In this document: piece after piece, positions 58,760 to 64,000 of the stretch
Position numbering within the stretch: position 1 is the stretch's first letter
How the letters are laid out: each line of letters begins with the position of its first letter
From: Thermodesulfobacteriota bacterium
GTDB lineage: Bacteria > Desulfobacterota_D > UBA1144 > Nemesobacterales > UBA2774
Assembly (NCBI GenBank): GCA_965223335.1
Contig: OZ244991.1
Coordinates: 2,400,001-2,464,000 of the forward strand
Length of the DNA: 64,000 nucleotides
Reading direction: 5' to 3'
Program-made: the position numbers and the translations under genes
The notes under the pieces: generated by a model
What the model was told of the DNA's origin: nothing
Database searches by the model: none
Seen by the model: the letters and a program-made list of their open reading frames with translations, nothing else

Positions 58760-60706
58760 ATGATACGACACATACTGATGTCCATATCCATTCTTGTTTT
58801 CATTCTTATTGCCCATATACCAACCTCATTTGCACAGATCGGCGCAGACAACCTCTTCTGCCCGGCAGTACCCAATGATACAGGCTGGCTAGAGGTACAG
58901 ATCCCCAATCCAGTACAGGCTGACTTTACCGCAGGACTCATTGGTACAGTGGAGGACTTCGGAGGAGCTGCAGTGGGTGGACTCGACTGGATGCATAACA
59001 ACGACTTTTTTGATTTTGGCTTCTTCTTTTTCTTTGGAGCCAACCCCACACCTACCACAGACAGCGGCTCACAGCTTGTGACCTGGTGGACACAGGCCAA
59101 CGGCCGCAACACCTCTGTGCAGGTAACAAACTCTAGTGTGTTTGTAGGGGGCCCTGTACACGTGAGGATACTTGATGCCAACTGTGTAGAGATCCGTAAC
59201 TTCTGTGACTTCTACACCCCTGGCGACACACATGTGTATGACCTAGGGAACCTGGTGGATAACGGTGGGGTGGCAATCCCCGACGACAACCTACAGGGTA
59301 AAGAGGGTATATTCCTCGTAACAGCAGTGGACGGGTGTCCTAACCCTGACAATGCAGTAGAGGCTGATTTCCTCACGGGTCAGACAGTAATAGTGGACCC
59401 CAACGATTACATGTACGGAGTAAACATGTATGCCCGTCAGGCGTTTTGTGACGAGGCCGGGGAACAGAACCTAATTTTAAACGGCAGCTTCCAGACTGGG
59501 GGATTTAACATACCTAACCCACCACCTCTGGGACCAACGGAAGCATGGGATATCACACAGGGAAACACAAGTGGACCAAATGGTCCCCAAGCAGGGGTAA
59601 TAAATCCCACAGGGATATCCCCCAATGTAGCAGCACCACCTGCAACACCGCCCGACCCTGAAAATGATTTTTATGTTTATGTAGTTGCTGCAGCTAATAT
59701 AATCTCTGGCACATACAATGGCGGCGGCACTCCAGCATTGGCAAATGCAAATTTGATCAATGGTATAAGTGATGACAACGCTGCGGTATTAACTTCGATT
59801 GATTTTGTAACTACTCAGGGCGGCCCTCTCACATTCGATTACTCTATACTATTAGCCGGAAGGTCCAACGAATGTAATCCGACGTTTGTTGTTATGCTTA
59901 TCGATACGACAATACCTGCGATAATAACCGGTCAGTGTTATTTTAGCTCGGTTACATTGTCGGCATCTCTGAACCTGACTCTTGGTGGGACAATACCGTG
60001 TCAGGAGATTCCGACGGACGCCACCACATACACAATCACACCGTTTATATTCGAGGACGGTCGTTCGAGCTTTAATAACGACACAATAATTGTTCCAGGC
60101 CCCGGCACATACGAGATTCAGGTAGTAACGGTACAAGGGGATAATTGTTTTGATGATGACGCGAGTGGTATCCTTGTAGACAATTTCCGTTTCATAGAAC
60201 CGTTTGTATGCGATGGAACACTCGATGGGGTCAACTCCTTCCTAGACGTGGTAGATCCTACTATCCTCTCGGGCCAGTTTAATGTACAGACCGGTGCTGC
60301 GGGTGGAGACGCTGTGCTTATCTCCTTTGTAGACGACTACGGTCCCCCGTATAGAGCACTCGCAGCTGCAACGGACACTGCAGTGGGTATTTGGGACGAC
60401 CTGGAGACATTCACAAGCTGCGGCGACACACCGGTTTGCTTCTTGAGACTGGGCATAGACGAGGCTGTAGTGGCCAGTCAGGATTTTGTTATTATCCCCA
60501 CACTGGGGCCGACACTGCCTCCGACCACACCGCCTACACTGGGGCCTACACTGCCGCCAACCAACCCGCCTAGCGGAAAGAGCAGCGGTAGCTGTGCGAT
60601 AGCCCAAAGCCCGGTAGAGCTCGGGAGCGGACTTGCGAACGTACTTATCCCACTTGTACCAGTAGCATTTGTATTCGGGCTCAGAAGGCTCCGTAAGAGA
60701 AAATAA
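58760..60706 (+). CDS. Array protein class B, copy B5
   Basis: Centre apparently identical to B4 (offset 2194 bp); different signal peptide and N-terminus. Confidence 0.85.
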   Translation: MIRHILMSISILVFILIAHIPTSFAQIGADNLFCPAVPNDTGWLEVQIPNPVQADFTAGLIGTVEDFGGAAVGGLDWMHNNDFFDFGFFFFFGANPTPTTDSGSQLVTWWTQANGRNTSVQVTNSSVFVGGPVHVRILDANCVEIRNFCDFYTPGDTHVYDLGNLVDNGGVAIPDDNLQGKEGIFLVTAVDGCPNPDNAVEADFLTGQTVIVDPNDYMYGVNMYARQAFCDEAGEQNLILNGSFQTGGFNIPNPPPLGPTEAWDITQGNTSGPNGPQAGVINPTGISPNVAAPPATPPDPENDFYVYVVAAANIISGTYNGGGTPALANANLINGISDDNAAVLTSIDFVTTQGGPLTFDYSILLAGRSNECNPTFVVMLIDTTIPAIITGQCYFSSVTLSASLNLTLGGTIPCQEIPTDATTYTITPFIFEDGRSSFNNDTIIVPGPGTYEIQVVTVQGDNCFDDDASGILVDNFRFIEPFVCDGTLDGVNSFLDVVDPTILSGQFNVQTGAAGGDAVLISFVDDYGPPYRALAAATDTAVGIWDDLETFTSCGDTPVCFLRLGIDEAVVASQDFVIIPTLGPTLPPTTPPTLGPTLPPTNPPSGKSSGSCAIAQSPVELGSGLANVLIPLVPVAFVFGLRRLRKRK

Positions 60707-60972
60707 TGGAGACCGCAAGGGAGTCGTTTTGTGACCACCGAGAGGCAGGAAATCACTCACCTACACTGCTCCCAAATTATAATAGAATATCATTTTACAG
60801 GCGCTGCGAGACAACAACTCACACCGCCTTTTATTTTTCGCTCATATTACCGCCCCTATATACTCTTAAGTATGGATTTACATAATCATCGCAAGTGTAG
60901 TATAATTTCCTAAATATTTATTTGTTCTGTAAACAAATTAGACACTAAGACTATATCTGGAGGATAATAAGA

Positions 60973-62010
60973 ATGATCAACAATCTCCTATCCAAGCTGT
61001 TTTGTTCAGTATTTTTATTCGTTCTTTTATTGTTACCTACAGTCTCATTAGCAGGCCTAACGGTTCCGCTCCTTGACCAGACTGACCAGGTTTCTGACGA
61101 TCTGGTTTACTTCTGGGATATGAGAATGGCTCGCCAGACCTATATTCAGGTCACCAACCTCTCACCGTTTGATGCAGATGTACATGTACAGATATTCAAT
61201 GTTACTTCACCCGTAACAGTATGCGAGGAAACCAACTTCAACGACCGGTTTACAGCGGGCGATACTCACGTGTATGATCTCGGCAACCTTGTATCCAACA
61301 ACGATGCTGACGGACTCGGAGGTGTTGGCTTATCAGCCCCAGCTGCAGATTTGGAAGAGGGATATGGCCTCTTTGTAATCTCGTCTAACTCTAGAGGTCT
61401 CATCAACACTCAGCTAATTGGCATGTTTAGAATCATAGATGGTGACTCCGATTTTGAATACAGAACAAACGCGGCAGGAGAACCTTTATCTGTATCTGAA
61501 TATTTTTGGGACTATGGAGTGCTTAATTTCAATAATGTAGACGGTGCCAACCTTTCGGATGTAGTCGGTCTGGTTTACAGAAGAGTAGATGATTTTTCTG
61601 TAACCGCTAGCCCCCTAATCCAGGCAGTATTCGGCGATGTTACTGGTGATGTTACAGACCCAAGCCCACAGATCCATATATTTGACCAGTTCGAGAGCCC
61701 AACATCCTGCAGTCCCACTACTTTCGCATGCGCCCCTGCGCAGCTAGACAAGGGCATCGACAACTTTCACCCCAACTCTAAAGGCGAGGTCAATAGGATC
61801 TGTAACGACAGCGTGGATGTGGGATGGCTGTTTATGCCATTTGAACGGTTCAACTGCTTTGATGAGAGCCCGGTAACCGGTATTTGCGAAAGCGATATGT
61901 ATTTCGTAGGTTTCTTGGGACTTAACAACGGCGATGGTACAGGTTCGATGGACTCGTGGTGGACACCTGGCGTCGCAGACGAAACGGCGGACTTGGGATT
62001 TGAGTTTTAA
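60973..62010 (+). CDS. Array protein class A, copy A8
   Basis: Same scaffold motifs. Confidence 0.85.
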   Translation: MINNLLSKLFCSVFLFVLLLLPTVSLAGLTVPLLDQTDQVSDDLVYFWDMRMARQTYIQVTNLSPFDADVHVQIFNVTSPVTVCEETNFNDRFTAGDTHVYDLGNLVSNNDADGLGGVGLSAPAADLEEGYGLFVISSNSRGLINTQLIGMFRIIDGDSDFEYRTNAAGEPLSVSEYFWDYGVLNFNNVDGANLSDVVGLVYRRVDDFSVTASPLIQAVFGDVTGDVTDPSPQIHIFDQFESPTSCSPTTFACAPAQLDKGIDNFHPNSKGEVNRICNDSVDVGWLFMPFERFNCFDESPVTGICESDMYFVGFLGLNNGDGTGSMDSWWTPGVADETADLGFEF

Positions 62011-62226
62011 TTATATGCTTTAATTTAAGAGAACAGCAACTTAGGCGGGTGCTCCACACCCGCCTAAACTTATATATTAATATCAACTAAGCCGACTACT
62101 ACAAAACCACTCTGCTACTATGCCAATTTCATATTTACAAAAATATGAATTATTGTATAATAGCAACTAGATATATCACCTATTCATTGGTCTAAATCAA
62201 CAATAATTCCAAAGGAGGAATAAAGG

Positions 62227-63273
62227 ATGACACAATCATTTAAAAGTAGATTTTTACATCTCTTGTTATTAGTAACGATGTTGATAGCCCCTGCTGTATC
62301 GATGGCAGGTCCCCCCCCCATCAACTTCGCCGAAAGAATAGACCAGACCGACCAGGCTTCTTACAGGCTCGTATTTTTCTGGGACCTCCGCATGGCTCGC
62401 CAGACCTTTGCACAGGTTACAAATACAACAAATTTTACTACAAATGTGCACGTACAAATTTTTAACGTCACTTCACCTGCTGTTGTGTGCGAAGAGACCG
62501 ACTTCGACGATGTTTACACCCCGGGTGACACACACGTGTACGACCTAAGCAATCTCGTATCCAACAACGATGCAGACGGGCTGGGTAATGTAGGCAATTC
62601 CGCCCCTAACGCTGACCTAGACGAAGGTTACGGACTATTGGTCGTGTCACAGGTAAACGCATCCCCTGACCTAATCGGCATGTTCCGTATTATTGACGGA
62701 GATGGGGACTTTGAGTATAGAACAAATGCCGCGGGTGAAGAGATAGCCGGTGGACAAGCTGCTACAAATTTGTGGAATATAGGTGACCTTAACTTCAACA
62801 ACGTAGACGGTGCAAACCTCTCAGACGTAATAGGGCTTGTTTACAGGAGTGTTGATGACGATGTAGTGTTAGCCAGCCCGTTAATTCAAGCAGTGTTCGG
62901 CGACGCTACAGGAGACGTTACCGACAGCTCACCTCAAATCCATATATTCGACGAGTTCGAGAGCCCCACATCCTGCAGCCCCACCACATTTACATGTGCT
63001 CCTACGCTGTTAGACAAGGGCATCGACAACTTCCACCCCAACTCAAAGGGCGAGGTAAACAGAATATGCAATGACAGCGTAGATGTTGGATGGCTCTTTA
63101 TGCCCATCCAGGATGTTTTCTGCTTCGACTTCGATCCTGACACAGGCGATTGCGGTGGTGGGATAGTCGATATATTCTTTGTAGGCTATCTTGGTCTTAA
63201 TAACGGTGACGGCACAGGTTCGATGGACTCGTGGTGGACCCCCGGTATATTCGACGAGAGTGACCCGAACTAA
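62227..63273 (+). CDS. Array protein class A, copy A9
   Basis: Same scaffold motifs. Confidence 0.85.
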   Translation: MTQSFKSRFLHLLLLVTMLIAPAVSMAGPPPINFAERIDQTDQASYRLVFFWDLRMARQTFAQVTNTTNFTTNVHVQIFNVTSPAVVCEETDFDDVYTPGDTHVYDLSNLVSNNDADGLGNVGNSAPNADLDEGYGLLVVSQVNASPDLIGMFRIIDGDGDFEYRTNAAGEEIAGGQAATNLWNIGDLNFNNVDGANLSDVIGLVYRSVDDDVVLASPLIQAVFGDATGDVTDSSPQIHIFDEFESPTSCSPTTFTCAPTLLDKGIDNFHPNSKGEVNRICNDSVDVGWLFMPIQDVFCFDFDPDTGDCGGGIVDIFFVGYLGLNNGDGTGSMDSWWTPGIFDESDPN

Positions 63274-63326
63274 CGAAATCTAGAGCCGTGTGAATACACA
63301 CACTGACAAATCCAAGGTTTAATTTC

Positions 63327-63362
63327 AAGCCGGGTGAGTGATTGATACTCACCCGGCTTTTT
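63327..63362 (+). terminator. Intrinsic terminator closing the array
   Basis: aagccgggtgagt...actcacccggctt + T-run. Confidence 0.75.
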
Positions 63363-63401
63363 TATATAAAACCAATTGTTAGCAAAAATAGTGAAATTAG
63401 A

Positions 63402-64000
63402 TTAACCCGGCAGTATCGACCCGGCTTCTATATCCACGGCTGCGGAAAATAGCCTGCGGCATATGGCCATACCCAGATCCTTTGTCCTCCCGGTGGCGTC
63501 TATCATTACCACATGGAAGTGCACGGGGAACGTGAGAGTCATAAGCGCCCCCAGGCGAAAATCATAGAGCGCATCCTCCCATGTGTATCCTGTCACTCCT
63601 TCCTCAACGAGCTTACGGTACCAGGCCTTTAACACATCATAGGGGTGGCCCAGGCGATCTGAGCGCAGCTCGCTCCCGCCCATGAGCCTCGCCACGTCAA
63701 ACGCCCCCATACTTCGCACGGCCAACTGCCAGTCGAGTATTATCACCGACTCTGCAGTACCCTGCTCGCCGAATAACAGATTGTCTTCGCGCAGGTCCAT
63801 ATGCACCAGTGTCTTTTGCCTCGAGTCCACCTCACTCTCTATCCACCCCAGGTGCTCCCCTACCCTGGCCCCAAGCTCCACACCCCGCTTACCTGCCAAG
63901 TAGCTGTAATGCTCGACGAATGAGTCCCATTTCTCGTTGTAGTCCCCGCTTATATTGTTGGTAGTGGGCATCCACTCGAGTGCGTCGAGTGCTTTGTTGT
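63402..64000 (-). CDS. APH/choline-kinase-like (ecdysteroid kinase family) phosphotransferase, 5' end outside window
   Basis: TLVHMDLREDNLLF and ILDWQ motifs, GAFDVA. Confidence 0.85.
   Translation of the reverse strand, partial: NKALDALEWMPTTNNISGDYNEKWDSFVEHYSYLAGKRGVELGARVGEHLGWIESEVDSRQKTLVHMDLREDNLLFGEQGTAESVIILDWQLAVRSMGAFDVARLMGGSELRSDRLGHPYDVLKAWYRKLVEEGVTGYTWEDALYDFRLGALMTLTFPVHFHVVMIDATGRTKDLGMAICRRLFSAAVDIEAGSILPG

Noticed and set aside
41441..63273. Diversity-generating retroelement driving the array variability
   Set aside because: No reverse transcriptase or non-coding template repeat seen; variation includes indels spread through the gene rather than adenine-specific changes in one C-terminal region. 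An RT elsewhere cannot be excluded
41441..63273. Shufflon/invertase-type phase variation
   Set aside because: All genes are full length, co-oriented and have their own RBS and signal peptide; no recombinase or inverted crossover sites seen
1..64000. tRNA/rRNA genes or att sites bounding the prophage-like region
   Set aside because: No cloverleaf/T-arm motif, rRNA signature or flanking direct repeat recognised

Overview
Bacterial chromosomal window of mixed GC content. The IPTL-CTERM proteins and gene style tentatively suggest a Dadabacteria/Desulfobacterota-like organism (inference). It has two very different halves. (1) 1-37 kb is an accessory region. It holds two IPTL-CTERM surface proteins, a low-GC XRE-HTH/ImmA-IrrE metallopeptidase two-gene module and a cryptic prophage-like early region (CI/S24 repressor, divergent Cro-like gene, replication initiator, DUF5131 + TcmP pair; no integrase or virion genes seen). 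It also holds an OmpR-type two-component system with a porin and a PAP2 gene, an HD-hydrolase/YwgA-like pair, two type II TA modules, TrkH and many small genes. About 16 co-oriented copies of a 160-270 bp long-hairpin element ('repeat A') are scattered through it; the arms differ in sequence between copies but stay paired (compensatory covariation). A second ~58-bp module ('repeat B') is both tandem and dispersed. (2) 41.4-63.3 kb is a 22-kb tandem array of 14 secreted paralogs of two classes: 9 short 'class A' and 5 long membrane-anchored 'class B'. They share an invariant scaffold with hypervariable loops. Class B carries a swappable ~250-aa domain apparently inserted at the position of the most variable class A loop, and there are signs of gene conversion. 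The array and repeat A are the best candidates for undescribed systems. All calls are by eye; no database searches were run.
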